Below, piece by piece: positions 11,035 to 20,122 of a stretch of DNA of 63,896 bases. How positions within the stretch are numbered: the stretch's first letter is position 1; each line of letters starts with the position of its first letter. Under the pieces are notes generated by a model. That model did no database searches, was not told the origin of the DNA, and was given only the letters and a program-made list of their open reading frames with translations. A program made the translations under genes and the position numbers. Origin of the DNA: Phascolarctobacterium succinatutens (lineage in GTDB: Bacteria; Bacillota; Clostridia; Christensenellales; CAG-917); contig CAVBBF010000004.1 in assembly GCA_963593735.1 (NCBI GenBank), positions 1 through 63,896 on the forward strand. Reading direction: 5' to 3'.

Positions 11035-12525
11035 TCATTTCAACGCTCTGAAATACACGATTTTCGTATCTTCCGCAAACGGTTCGGTAAGGTCTGGATT
11101 CTGCGCCAAAATGTCTTCGGGCATTGCGGACAGAGCCGAGCATACGTCAAGCATAGTGTCGGACGGCGAGGCGACGTACACGGACAATGCGGACGTGTTT
11201 TGCGCGCGCTGTGTGCCGACTTCCACCGCCGAGATGTACGACGCTTCGAGCGGCGAGAATCCGCAGACCGCGATTGCCACGTCAAAGGTGATGTCAAACT
11301 CGCGTTCTCTGCGCACGACCGCGTCTATGCGCTGAATCTTGCAATCTACGCGCACTTCTTTCGAGAACGGGATTTCGCTTGCCGCCGAGATTGCAAACGG
11401 AAGTTCCGCACGCACGGAATTGTAGCCGTTTTCGTTGCGATAGATTATATCCGTATTTGCAACGCCCTCGACGATGAGGCTGTTTTCGTCGTTGACGTAC
11501 GCGCGAGTCGTATAGCACCTTGCATACGGCAGAGCGCACACTTCGATTGCCGCGGGTTTGTTGTCCGAAAGCGTAGCGCTTCCGCCCACGCCCTTGACGA
11601 AATAGCCGCAGCCGTCAAAGCAAGTGTATTTTGCACTTTTGCGTTCGATTTCCGTTTGATTGGACAGCATAAACAAGTCTGACACGATTTCGGTTTTCGA
11701 GCATCTATACGCTTGAACCTTGATTTGAATTTCGCCTTCCACGCGAATGGTATTGTCGTCCGTCACGCCTTGAAGCACGATTTTGGACGATTTCAAAGCG
11801 GTGTAAAGTTTGATTGCGTCGCCCTCTTTCACGCCGTCGAGATTAAATTCTTCTTCGAGCGGAATTTCAAAAGTGTGTTGCTTGATTTCGCCGCCCTCGA
11901 CGTAGGTTACGACCGAATAGACCGCCAGTTTCGCGGTTGCGCCGCCGTCCGTCGCAAGGGACTGACGCGTAACGACCGTCGAAGAAAGTCCGAGCACGGA
12001 TTCGATTTCGCCGCCCACGTTCTTTTCGTCGTCAAAGGGAACGACGACCGATTTTTGCGCGATAAATGACGGGACGTAAATCTCTTGCTTTTGAACGTAG
12101 CAATCGTCCGCACCCACAAGCACCTCGATTTCGTCGCGTTTGATTGCCGATACGTTGACTTCCAGCACCGCCGTAAGCGTGAGCGTATCCCCCGCTTCCA
12201 CGTCGGATTCGGATATAACGATGTCGCACCATGCACTGTCGCCCTCAATGAACTCGCCGTCCACTCTCGCCGTAAAATCGGCGTTGTAATCCACGCCCTT
12301 CGGCGTTCCGTCTTTATCCAAGTACGCAAGGCGGAAATTCACTCTGCCGCCCACTTGCGCATATCCGTCCTGCGCGTCGACGCTCGTCGCTCGCGCGTCT
12401 ACCGCCAAAGACAATACCTTTGCAATGTTGCTCATATCCACGTCCGTCGGCGAAAACTCGACAACTCGCTCGGATGTCGGCGCAACGTAAAATTTGCTGG
12501 CACTTATTTTTTCAAAATCGAACAT
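11035..12525 (-). CDS. DUF3794-like repeat protein (sporulation-associated family), tentative
   Basis: Start MFDFEKI at 12525, 6 nt after GGAGGA. Repeated beta-rich segments of the type VLS..V.....V....G...V.G.V.F...Y. Divergent from veg. Confidence 0.45.
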   Translation of the reverse strand: MFDFEKISASKFYVAPTSERVVEFSPTDVDMSNIAKVLSLAVDARATSVDAQDGYAQVGGRVNFRLAYLDKDGTPKGVDYNADFTARVDGEFIEGDSAWCDIVISESDVEAGDTLTLTAVLEVNVSAIKRDEIEVLVGADDCYVQKQEIYVPSFIAQKSVVVPFDDEKNVGGEIESVLGLSSTVVTRQSLATDGGATAKLAVYSVVTYVEGGEIKQHTFEIPLEEEFNLDGVKEGDAIKLYTALKSSKIVLQGVTDDNTIRVEGEIQIKVQAYRCSKTEIVSDLFMLSNQTEIERKSAKYTCFDGCGYFVKGVGGSATLSDNKPAAIEVCALPYARCYTTRAYVNDENSLIVEGVANTDIIYRNENGYNSVRAELPFAISAASEIPFSKEVRVDCKIQRIDAVVRREREFDITFDVAIAVCGFSPLEASYISAVEVGTQRAQNTSALSVYVASPSDTMLDVCSALSAMPEDILAQNPDLTEPFAEDTKIVYFRALK

Positions 12526-12610
12526 AGCATTCCTCCGTTTCACCAAAAACATATTCAAACTTCTTTGCGTTTATGCGAATAAAATTCGAATTTTCGGCAA
12601 CAATCGGTGT

Positions 12611-12853
12611 ATGAGAGAAATAGGACAATCCATCTTAGAGGCAAAAGAGCGCGTGCAAAAAATAGTCGGCATACCCGTACTTGTCAAAATCAACGGCGCA
12701 AGAGGCAAATCCTCGCTCTATCACGGCAAAGTGACCGCGCTGTTTCCCTCGATATTCACCGTCGAACTCGAAGGCGGCGAAAAACGCACCTTTTCATACA
12801 GCGACGTCCACACGAAAAACGTGCTGTTTTTGAAAAACAAAGATACAAATTGA
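12611..12853 (+). CDS. veg: Veg protein (biofilm/sporulation-associated small DNA-binding protein family)
   Basis: MREIGQSILEAKERVQKIVGIPVLVKINGARGKSSLYHGKVTALFPSIFTVELEGGEKRTFSYSDVHTKNV matches the Veg pattern (K.NGGR.K...G......YPS.F......R.SYSY.D). Confidence 0.8.
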   Translation: MREIGQSILEAKERVQKIVGIPVLVKINGARGKSSLYHGKVTALFPSIFTVELEGGEKRTFSYSDVHTKNVLFLKNKDTN

Positions 12854-12940
12854 CGGTCAATCCGTGACGAATAATCAATAACCACGATTTTCGGAATATC
12901 CCGCATCGTTACGGTATCTCGTCTTGCAACCGCTCTTCGA

Positions 12941-13002
12941 TTCGGGTGAGGGTGAAACCCTCCCGAAATTATTAATTATTAATTATTAATTATTAATTAA
13001 TC
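12941..13002 (-). repeat. repeat family R1, copy b (inverted orientation)
   Basis: ttcGGGTGAGGGTGAAACCCTCCCgaa followed by (ATTATTA)n. Its reverse complement aligns with copies a, c and d. Confidence 0.7.
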
Positions 13003-13033
13003 AAATTATGTTCCTCATAATACTCCCCTTATC

Positions 13034-13076
13034 ACGACAAACAACCGCCCTCTCGGACGGCCGTTTGTCGTTTTAT
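13034..13076 (+). terminator. hairpin plus T-run between convergent genes
   Basis: ACGACAAAC (13034-13042) pairs with GTTTGTCGT (13063-13071), then TTTTAT. Confidence 0.55.
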
Positions 13077-13121
13077 ATATGAGTTTTGAACTCGAAGGGT
13101 CATTCGGTATTTCCCAGTCTG

Positions 13122-14252
13122 TCAGATTCCCAAAATCGCTTTTATGAGCGACACCACCGTTTCGATATACTGCAAGCACTGATCCAAAATGACGGCGTAG
13201 CCTGCAAAAATGATTATGCCGAAACCCGTGTAGAGGCACAGCGACACGACATTTGTCGCAATTTTGTGCGCCGTCCGCTCGGAGTTGAAGAGGAATATGA
13301 GAGGCAAACTGAGCATCAACACATGCGATTTTCCCACTCCGAACGCGCTTGCGTTGGGAATCAGCCCGAACAGATAATCCACTATGCAAAGCGCCATCAA
13401 AAACAAAATGAGCATGGCATTGTAGCAGCAAAGTCCGCCGGTTGAACGCTTGTAGTCGTCAAACGTCATATAATCGTTGTATTTTTCATACAGCAATTTT
13501 CTGTACTTTTGGTACACGACCACCCCTGCGAAGTAGGCAAAACACAGATAATTTCTATGCACCAAAAACGCGCTCTGCTCGACGTTCATCAAAAAATATC
13601 CTCTTTTGAACAATCCTCGCACGACAAAACTTGCAAGCACATAGAGTATGGGAAAAATCATGCCGAGCCTAAAGCACACCGTCTTTTTTTTGCTTGCGTT
13701 CTTTGGGGTGTACAGAACAAAAAACGCAAACAACGACGCAAGGAACAAATCCAAAAAAACGTTCATATTTGTGAAATTGCTCATCGCATACGTCAGCAAA
13801 AATTGGCTTATTTGATGCGCCTCTGCCGTAGTTTCGCCCTGCACGTCGAGCGCGTACTTGACGATATCCTCCACAAACGGAACAAATTCTATGTAGAAAA
13901 ACGCAATCTCGGCAACCGCAAACACCGCCGCCATCACAAGATAAAACAGCACATATTTTTTGATTTTGCTCGGCTCGCGCACGATATTGGTGATGATGCT
14001 CGTCAAAAGAAGCGGCATTGCAATCACAATCAGATTTTTGTATTGTTGCAATTTTTCGACGGGCATATCTTGAGAAAAAGTGACTTTGCCGTACAACAAA
14101 AGCATTGCTGCGGTTTGACCGAGCATCAACAAAACAATGGCAATGATTCTCATCAGATTGCTCGATATAAACGGACGCAAAATCCTCTTTTCTTCAATCA
14201 AACTTTTCATCGTCGGTACGCAGCACGGATATTCGTTTTTCAAATATACCAC
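13122..14252 (-). CDS. polytopic membrane protein, unknown function
   Basis: 376-aa ORF with many hydrophobic segments (IIAIVLLMLGQTAAMLLLY, VLFYLVMAAVFAVAEIAFFYI, and others). The start may be the internal MKSLIEEK at 14210. Confidence 0.55.
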   Translation of the reverse strand: MVYLKNEYPCCVPTMKSLIEEKRILRPFISSNLMRIIAIVLLMLGQTAAMLLLYGKVTFSQDMPVEKLQQYKNLIVIAMPLLLTSIITNIVREPSKIKKYVLFYLVMAAVFAVAEIAFFYIEFVPFVEDIVKYALDVQGETTAEAHQISQFLLTYAMSNFTNMNVFLDLFLASLFAFFVLYTPKNASKKKTVCFRLGMIFPILYVLASFVVRGLFKRGYFLMNVEQSAFLVHRNYLCFAYFAGVVVYQKYRKLLYEKYNDYMTFDDYKRSTGGLCCYNAMLILFLMALCIVDYLFGLIPNASAFGVGKSHVLMLSLPLIFLFNSERTAHKIATNVVSLCLYTGFGIIIFAGYAVILDQCLQYIETVVSLIKAILGI

Positions 14253-14504
14253 ACAACCGAAAAAACTTCAAGCGTATCGCCCTTGTTGCCCTCGCCCCCT
14301 TACGCCGTCAACCATCTCACAAAAACAAAACCGCGCCTCATCCAAAATCTTTTTCGCCATCCGAACGTTTATGATGTCCCGCTTTTTATGACAAAATAAA
14401 GCCTGCTTTGAAATATCATAAAATTTCAGTATTGTTTATGTCCGATTCGCAGGTTGTTAGGATCTAAATCCATTAAAACGAGCGTTTTTTGCGATTTGCC
14501 CGCA

Positions 14505-14520
14505 CCACAACATATTGTGT
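14505..14520. promoter_or_regulatory. NrdR-box-like palindrome (distal)
   Basis: CCACAACATATTGTGT matches 14 of 16 positions of the NrdR box consensus acaCwAtATaTwGtgt. Confidence 0.5.
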
Positions 14521-14670
14521 TGTCATATGCCTCGACCACAAAAGTGCGAAAAATATTTGAGCGTGTTAGAATGCGGATTGCATTTTTACATATGCGGTTA
14601 CATACTTAAAAACCGACGTTTTCGATACACGAAAAGTGGACTTCGCAAAAAATGCCAAAATTTGACAAAA

Positions 14671-14686
14671 ACACAATATGTAGTGT
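14671..14686. promoter_or_regulatory. NrdR-box-like palindrome (promoter-proximal)
   Basis: ACACAATATGTAGTGT matches 15 of 16 consensus positions. A weaker box (TCACACTTTATTTTGC, 14701-14716) lies 30 bp centre to centre and abuts the -35. Confidence 0.6.
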
Positions 14687-14725
14687 TTCTCAAAAAAGTT
14701 TCACACTTTATTTTGCGATTTGCCC

Positions 14726-14753
14726 TTGACATATCGCGTGCGCTTGATATAAT
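14726..14753 (+). promoter_or_regulatory. sigma-A type promoter of nrdD
   Basis: TTGACA (14726-14731), 16-nt spacer, TATAAT (14748-14753). Confidence 0.7.
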
Positions 14754-14787
14754 GAAGAGGCACATTTTCCAAGGGGGTTCAATAGAT

Positions 14788-17208
14788 ATGTTGAACATCA
14801 AAAAAAGAGACGGGAGTATTGTTCCGTTCAATCTGAACAAAATCAAGGTTGCCATTGAAAAGGCGTTCACCGCGGTGAACAAAAGTTTCAGCGACGACAT
14901 CATCGATATGCTTGCGCTAAGAGTGACCGCAACTTTCAACGATAAGGTCAAGGGCGACACGGTGAGCGTCGAGGACATCCAGGACTCTGTCGAAGTCGTC
15001 CTCATTCAATCGGGTTACGTCGAAGTGGCAAAAGCGTACATCTTGTACAGAAAGCAACACGAGAAACTTCGCGAGATGAATTCCACCATGCTCGACTACA
15101 AGAACACGGTGAACAATTATCTCAAAATCAACGACTGGCGCGTCAAGGAAAACTCGACGGTGACGTATTCCGTCGGCGGACTTATCCTCTCCAACTCGGG
15201 CGCGGTCACGGCAAACTACTGGCTCAGCGAAATCTATGACGACGAAATCGCAAAGGCGCACCGCGAAGCGCAAATCCACATCCACGATTTGTCCATGCTC
15301 ACGGGCTACTGCGCAGGCTGGTCGCTCAAACAACTCATAAAGGAAGGTCTCGGCGGCATACCAGGCAAGATTACGTCGTCACCGGCAAGCCACCTTTCCA
15401 CCCTCTGCAACCAGATGGTCAACTTCCTGGGCATCATGCAAAACGAATGGGCGGGCGCGCAGGCGTTCAGTTCCTTCGACACATATCTTGCGCCGTTTGT
15501 CAAGGTTGACAACCTCACCTACAAAGAGGTCAAGCAATGCATACAATCCTTCATTTACGGCGTAAACACTCCCTCTCGTTGGGGTACGCAAGCGCCGTTC
15601 ACCAACATCACGCTCGACTGGGTCGTTCCCAACGACTTGGCGGAACTTCCCGCAATCGTCGGCGGCAAAGAGATGGACTTCAAATATAAGGATTGCGCAG
15701 CCGAAATGGCAATGGTCAACAAGGCGTTCATCGAGATCATGATCGAGGGCGACGCAAACGGCAGAGGCTTCCAATATCCTATCCCCACCTACTCCATCAC
15801 GAGAGATTTCGACTGGTCGAACACCGAAAACAACCGTTTGTTGTTCACGATGACGGCAAAATACGGCACGCCGTACTTCTCCAACTACATCAACAGCGAT
15901 ATGGAACCGAGCGACGTGCGCAGTATGTGCTGCCGCTTGCGTCTTGACCTTCGCGAACTCCGCAAGAAATCGGGCGGTTTCTTCGGCAGCGGCGAATCCA
16001 CAGGCTCAATCGGCGTCGTAACGATCAATATGCCGCGCATCGCGTATGTGAGCAAGACGGAAGACGAATTCTTCAAAGAACTCGAACGCCTTATGAATGT
16101 GTCCGCTCGCTCCCTCAAAATCAAGAGAAACGTCATCACCAAACTCCTCGAAGAAGGGCTCTACCCCTACACCAAGAGATATCTCGGCACGTTCGGCAAT
16201 CACTTCTCGACAATCGGTCTTGTTGGTATGAACGAGGCTTGCCTCAACGCAAACTGGGTGGGCAAGGATATGACGCACAAACAAGCGCAGGAATTCACAA
16301 AGAAAGTGCTCAACTTTATGCGTGAAAAACTCAGCGACTATCAGGAAGAGTACGGCGATTTGTACAACCTCGAAGCAACGCCCGCAGAATCCACTTCCTA
16401 CCGTCTTGCAAAGCACGACAGAGAGAAGTATCCCGACATCGTTTGCGCAAGCAATATGGACAACGTGCCGTACTACACCAACAGTTCGCACCTTCCCGTC
16501 GGCTACACGAGCGACATCTTCTCCGCACTCGACATTCAAGACGAATTGCAAACTCTCTACACGTCGGGAACGGTGTTCCACGCCTTCCTCGGTCAACGCC
16601 TTGACAGTTGGCAAGCGGCGGCGAATCTCGTGAGAAAGATTGCCGAAAACTACAAACTTCCCTACTACACGCTTTCGCCGACCTATTCAATCTGCCAAGA
16701 ACACGGCTATCTCGAAGGCGAGCAGTACACCTGCCCTATCTGTGGCAAGAAGACGGAAGTTTACAGTCGTATCACGGGCTACTATCGCCCCGTCCAAAAC
16801 TGGAACGACGGCAAACGCGCAGAGTTCAAAGAGCGCAAGGTTTACGACATCGCAACCTCGCAATATCACGGCAAGCACATCGAGGAATTCGTGTGCGACC
16901 AAGCAACCGGCGAAGTCAAACCCACTCAAAAATCCGAAGCGACCAAAGGGTGCGCTTGCGCACAAAAAGGATGCGACGAAGGTCTTTTGATCTTCACCAC
17001 AAAGACCTGTCCCAACTGCAAAATGGCAAAGGCAATGCTCGACAAGGCAGGCATCGCATACACGGTTATCGACGCAGAGGACAACAAAGATCAAACGCTC
17101 GCGTTCGGCGTCAAGAAAGCCCCCACGCTTCTCGTTCCCAACGGAAACGGCTATGACGTTTACGACAACGCAAGCAAGATCAAGGGCTATATCGAATCGA
17201 GAAAATAA
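14788..17208 (+). CDS. nrdD: anaerobic (class III) ribonucleoside-triphosphate reductase with a C-terminal glutaredoxin/NrdH-like domain
   Basis: ATG at 14788, 10 nt after AAGGGGG. ATP-cone N-terminus MLNIKKRDGSIVPFNLNKIKVAIEKAF. Zn ribbon plus glycyl-radical motif CPICGKKTEVYSRITGYYRPV. About 75 extra C-terminal residues carry a CPNC redox motif (LLIFTTKTCPNCKMAKAMLDKAGIAYTVIDAEDN...). Confidence 0.9.
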   Translation: MLNIKKRDGSIVPFNLNKIKVAIEKAFTAVNKSFSDDIIDMLALRVTATFNDKVKGDTVSVEDIQDSVEVVLIQSGYVEVAKAYILYRKQHEKLREMNSTMLDYKNTVNNYLKINDWRVKENSTVTYSVGGLILSNSGAVTANYWLSEIYDDEIAKAHREAQIHIHDLSMLTGYCAGWSLKQLIKEGLGGIPGKITSSPASHLSTLCNQMVNFLGIMQNEWAGAQAFSSFDTYLAPFVKVDNLTYKEVKQCIQSFIYGVNTPSRWGTQAPFTNITLDWVVPNDLAELPAIVGGKEMDFKYKDCAAEMAMVNKAFIEIMIEGDANGRGFQYPIPTYSITRDFDWSNTENNRLLFTMTAKYGTPYFSNYINSDMEPSDVRSMCCRLRLDLRELRKKSGGFFGSGESTGSIGVVTINMPRIAYVSKTEDEFFKELERLMNVSARSLKIKRNVITKLLEEGLYPYTKRYLGTFGNHFSTIGLVGMNEACLNANWVGKDMTHKQAQEFTKKVLNFMREKLSDYQEEYGDLYNLEATPAESTSYRLAKHDREKYPDIVCASNMDNVPYYTNSSHLPVGYTSDIFSALDIQDELQTLYTSGTVFHAFLGQRLDSWQAAANLVRKIAENYKLPYYTLSPTYSICQEHGYLEGEQYTCPICGKKTEVYSRITGYYRPVQNWNDGKRAEFKERKVYDIATSQYHGKHIEEFVCDQATGEVKPTQKSEATKGCACAQKGCDEGLLIFTTKTCPNCKMAKAMLDKAGIAYTVIDAEDNKDQTLAFGVKKAPTLLVPNGNGYDVYDNASKIKGYIESRK

Positions 17209-17221
17209 CAAACGAACGATG

Positions 17222-17256
17222 GCGGTATGGCAGCAGCCATACCGCTTTTCTTTTTG
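17222..17256 (+). terminator. intrinsic terminator directly after nrdD
   Basis: GCGGTATGG cagcag CCATACCGC followed by TTTTCTTTTTG. It ends 18 nt before the next start codon. Confidence 0.75.
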
Positions 17257-17274
17257 AAAAAGCAAGAGGTAATT

Positions 17275-18195
17275 ATGGACAAATTTGACATAATCGTTGT
17301 TGGTGCAGGACCTGCAGGCATGACCGCAGCGCTCAACTGCCTTAGAGCGGGCAAGAGCGTTTTGGTGCTTGAAGGCGACAGTTTCGGCGGACAAATCGCA
17401 TACTCTCCGAGAGTGGAAAACTTCCCATCCTATCAAAAAATTTCGGGGTCGGAACTTATGGACAAACTCTATGAGCAGATCTCCGAATGGGGTGCGCAAA
17501 TCGAACTTGAAAAAGCACAATCGATAGTTAAAACGCCGTTTGGGTTTGAATTAACCACCGATTACAACAAATACGAGTGCAAATCCGTCATTCTCGCAAC
17601 GGGCGTAAAGCCCCGCAAAATCGGCGTTGAAAGAGAGGACGAACTCGTTGGCAGCGGCGTGAGTTACTGCGCGCTTTGCGACGGCGCATTCTATTCTGGC
17701 GAGGACGTTTGCGTGATAGGCGATGCCAACACCGCGCTTCAATACTCGCTCGTTTTGAGCGGATACTGCAAGAGCGTGCATATCTGCACTTTGTTTGACA
17801 AATTCTTCGGCGACAAGGCGCTTTTGGACCTCGTGCTTGCTCGCCCCAATGTCAAATACACGCACAATCTTTCCTTGAAAGAGTTTATAGGTCAAGACGA
17901 ACTTTCTGCGCTTCGCTTTGAAAACACGCTTACGCACGAGAACGTAGTCGTCGAGGCAAAGTGTGCGTTTATCTGCATAGGTCAAGTGCCGAAAAATACG
18001 GCTTTTGCAAACCTTGTCGAACTCGACAAAGCGGGCTATATCGTTGCGGACGAAAACTGTGCAACGTCTTGCGAGGGCATATTCGTAGCCGGCGATTGCA
18101 GAACAAAGAAAATCCGCCAACTCGTTACGGCGGCCTCGGACGGTTCGATTGCGGCGTTCAACGCCTGCGCGTACGTTGACAAGGTGAACGGATAA
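17275..18195 (+). CDS. thioredoxin-reductase-like flavoprotein with degenerate NADPH motifs
   Basis: FAD motif VVGAGPAGMTAA and redox-active CALC in YCALCDGAFY. Where TrxB has GGGNSA and HRR, this protein has VIGDANTA and lacks HRR. Confidence 0.75.
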   Translation: MDKFDIIVVGAGPAGMTAALNCLRAGKSVLVLEGDSFGGQIAYSPRVENFPSYQKISGSELMDKLYEQISEWGAQIELEKAQSIVKTPFGFELTTDYNKYECKSVILATGVKPRKIGVEREDELVGSGVSYCALCDGAFYSGEDVCVIGDANTALQYSLVLSGYCKSVHICTLFDKFFGDKALLDLVLARPNVKYTHNLSLKEFIGQDELSALRFENTLTHENVVVEAKCAFICIGQVPKNTAFANLVELDKAGYIVADENCATSCEGIFVAGDCRTKKIRQLVTAASDGSIAAFNACAYVDKVNG

Positions 18196-18210
18196 CACGC
18201 AAAAGAACGA

Positions 18211-18237
18211 CGCGGACGCTTCCGCGTTTTTCTTTTT
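18211..18237 (+). terminator. rho-independent terminator
   Basis: CGCGGA cgct TCCGCG followed by TTTTTCTTTTT. Confidence 0.75.
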
Positions 18238-18272
18238 CAACCCACGCCATTCAATGTGGCAAAACGAATGTT

Positions 18273-18935
18273 ATGACAATTCTTATAGACGTTGACAACA
18301 CCCTTCTCGATTTCGACGAGTGCGCAAACGAGAGCATAAAAAACGCTTGCGCTCGCTTTTGCATAGACAAAGCAACCGAGATTTGCGAGATATTCCACCC
18401 TTTCAACCTCTCCCTTTGGCAACAACTCGAACGGGGCGAATTGACGATGGAAAAACTGCTCGAAACGAGGTTTAATTCCCTTTTTGAAAGAGTGGGCGTA
18501 AAGGCGGACGGCATAGCGTTTGAAACCGCTTTTCACGACGGACTTGCAGAAAGCGCGGTTGCAGTGGCCGGCGCAAAAGATTTGCTCGAATATCTTTCTT
18601 CCAAATATGACGTATACGTCGCAAGCAACGCCCCTCTCGGACAGCAAACCAAACGACTGAAAAAGGCCGGGTTCGACAGATATATAAAGGGATATTTCGT
18701 GTCCGCAGAAATCGGCTATCTCAAACCCAACAAAGAGTTTTTCGACGCTTGCTTTGCAAAACTCGGCGAAAAGCCGCAAAACGCCTGTATGATAGGCGAC
18801 TCGCTCACCGCCGACATAAACGGCGCGCGCAACTACGGCATAAAAACAATTTGGTTTGACAAATACCGTACGGGGAAAAATGCCGATTGCGACCATACCG
18901 TCACCGACCTATCGCAAATCAAAGGCATCTTGTAA
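18273..18935 (+). CDS. HAD-superfamily hydrolase (subfamily IA, YjjG-like nucleotidase type)
   Basis: Motif I ILIDVDNTLLDF and C-terminal motif MIGDSLTADINGA. 220 aa. Confidence 0.75.
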   Translation: MTILIDVDNTLLDFDECANESIKNACARFCIDKATEICEIFHPFNLSLWQQLERGELTMEKLLETRFNSLFERVGVKADGIAFETAFHDGLAESAVAVAGAKDLLEYLSSKYDVYVASNAPLGQQTKRLKKAGFDRYIKGYFVSAEIGYLKPNKEFFDACFAKLGEKPQNACMIGDSLTADINGARNYGIKTIWFDKYRTGKNADCDHTVTDLSQIKGIL

Positions 18936-19042
18936 AGACAATACGATAAGCTTTTTTAGCGATTAAACGCACGCTTTTGGCGTGCAGACATTATGCGACA
19001 ATGGCTGTCGCTTTAACGCACAAAAAATAACGAATGTAGACA

Positions 19043-19069
19043 AAAAGACCGCAAAAGCGGTCTTTTTTT
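19043..19069. terminator. bidirectional terminator
   Basis: AAAAGACCGC aaaa GCGGTCTTTT with flanking A-run and T-run. It abuts the stop codon of the minus-strand small gene. Confidence 0.8.
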
Positions 19070-19227
19070 CACAGTTTGCTGTCAATCAAGGAGAGCAAAA
19101 TCTTTCTTCCGTCGGTGAGATTTATATAAAACATATACCCCATCTCCTTGTCGAGATATTCCACATCTTTAACCTCGTCGATTTCCATCGATATCAACTC
19201 TCCGATTTTCGTCAACAGTTCTTCCAT
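19069..19227 (-). CDS. conserved small protein, 52 aa (paralog of 3852-4016)
   Basis: Hand translation: MEELLTKIGELISMEIDEVKDVEYLDKEMGYMFYINLTDGRKILLSLIDSKL. AGGAGA lies 7 nt upstream of the ATG. Divergent from an XRE gene. Confidence 0.75.
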   Translation of the reverse strand: MEELLTKIGELISMEIDEVKDVEYLDKEMGYMFYINLTDGRKILLSLIDSKL

Positions 19228-19270
19228 AGGGCGTTCTCCTTTGTTTTGATATGTTTATTATATGCCCCCA

Positions 19271-19280
19271 TTTGTACAAA
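19271..19280. promoter_or_regulatory. 10-bp palindrome in the divergent promoter region
   Basis: TTTGTACAAA. It shares the TGTACA core with the operators at 20075-20122. Confidence 0.35.
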
Positions 19281-19346
19281 TTCAAGTCTTTGAGGACAAA
19301 AGGGGTCATACTATTTTTGTAGAAAAATGTAGGAGTTTGTCGTAAA

Positions 19347-19802
19347 ATGTCGGAAAATGACGAAAAATTGACAGATCGTTTTGCAGAGCGACTTTGCGAC
19401 CTTATGCAAGAAAACAAAACCGACGTCGGTTGTCTTTCTCTCAATCTGAACCTCAACCCCTCTGCCGTGTACAAGTGGCTGAGAAGATCGTCTTTGCCGA
19501 ATTTTGAAAACGCAATAGCGCTTTCGGACGCATTCGGTTGTTCGCTCGACTATCTTTTCGGGCTCAAAGAACTCGACGTGCAGTATGCGCCGCACTCGCC
19601 GCTATCGCCTTTCAACGAACGGTTTGAAAAACTCCTTTGCGAAAAGAAAATCACCGAGTACCGTCTCGTCAGGCAAACGGGCATATCTCGCAGCAAAATC
19701 GCCTCGTGGCGAAAAGGAACGAGTTTGCCGAGCGTTCCGAGCCTGATTGCGGTTGCCACCGCCCTCGATTTGACCCTCGACGCGCTTGTCGGCAGAGATT
19801 GA
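19347..19802 (+). CDS. XRE-family regulator with two tandem HTH domains
   Basis: Two Cro/CI-type units: FAERLCDLMQENKTDVGCLSLNLNLNPSAVYKWLRRSSLPNFENAIALSDAFGCSLDYLFG and FEKLLCEKKITEYRLVRQTGISRSKIASWRKGTSLPSVPSLIAVATALDLTLDALVG. Confidence 0.8.
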   Translation: MSENDEKLTDRFAERLCDLMQENKTDVGCLSLNLNLNPSAVYKWLRRSSLPNFENAIALSDAFGCSLDYLFGLKELDVQYAPHSPLSPFNERFEKLLCEKKITEYRLVRQTGISRSKIASWRKGTSLPSVPSLIAVATALDLTLDALVGRD

Positions 19803-20074
19803 CTTTTAATTTAAGTATACCCTCAACCGACATAATTGTTGTATACTCTAAATATATAGCCCCCCTTCCTCACGTGTTTGGACTTCGGCGTTTGCAAAGC
19901 AATCCGCCTCGTTCGCTTTGGCTACAACACATTCACAGGATGTGTTGTTTAACGCGTCGCGCCCAACCGCCGTTACCCTCTACATTCTTTGAGGGAACAC
20001 ACAATGTCATCTTTGCATAGGCAGAGAGTAACTTTCATTCGTTATCCCGATTATTTTACTTTCAATGTATATCT

Positions 20075-20122
20075 TGTACAGAATATGTACATTTTTACTT
20101 ATCATAGTACACAATTTGTACA
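20075..20122. promoter_or_regulatory. four (T/A)GTACA hexamers immediately upstream of an XRE gene (operator candidates)
   Basis: TGTACA at 20075 and 20086, AGTACA at 20106, TGTACA at 20117. Two pairs with 11-bp spacing, 31 bp apart. Confidence 0.5.

Noticed and set aside
12854-13121. Possible small gene or sRNA between veg and the membrane-protein gene.
   Set aside because: The gap is fully accounted for by R1 copy b plus a hairpin terminator. No ORF with a start codon and RBS is present.
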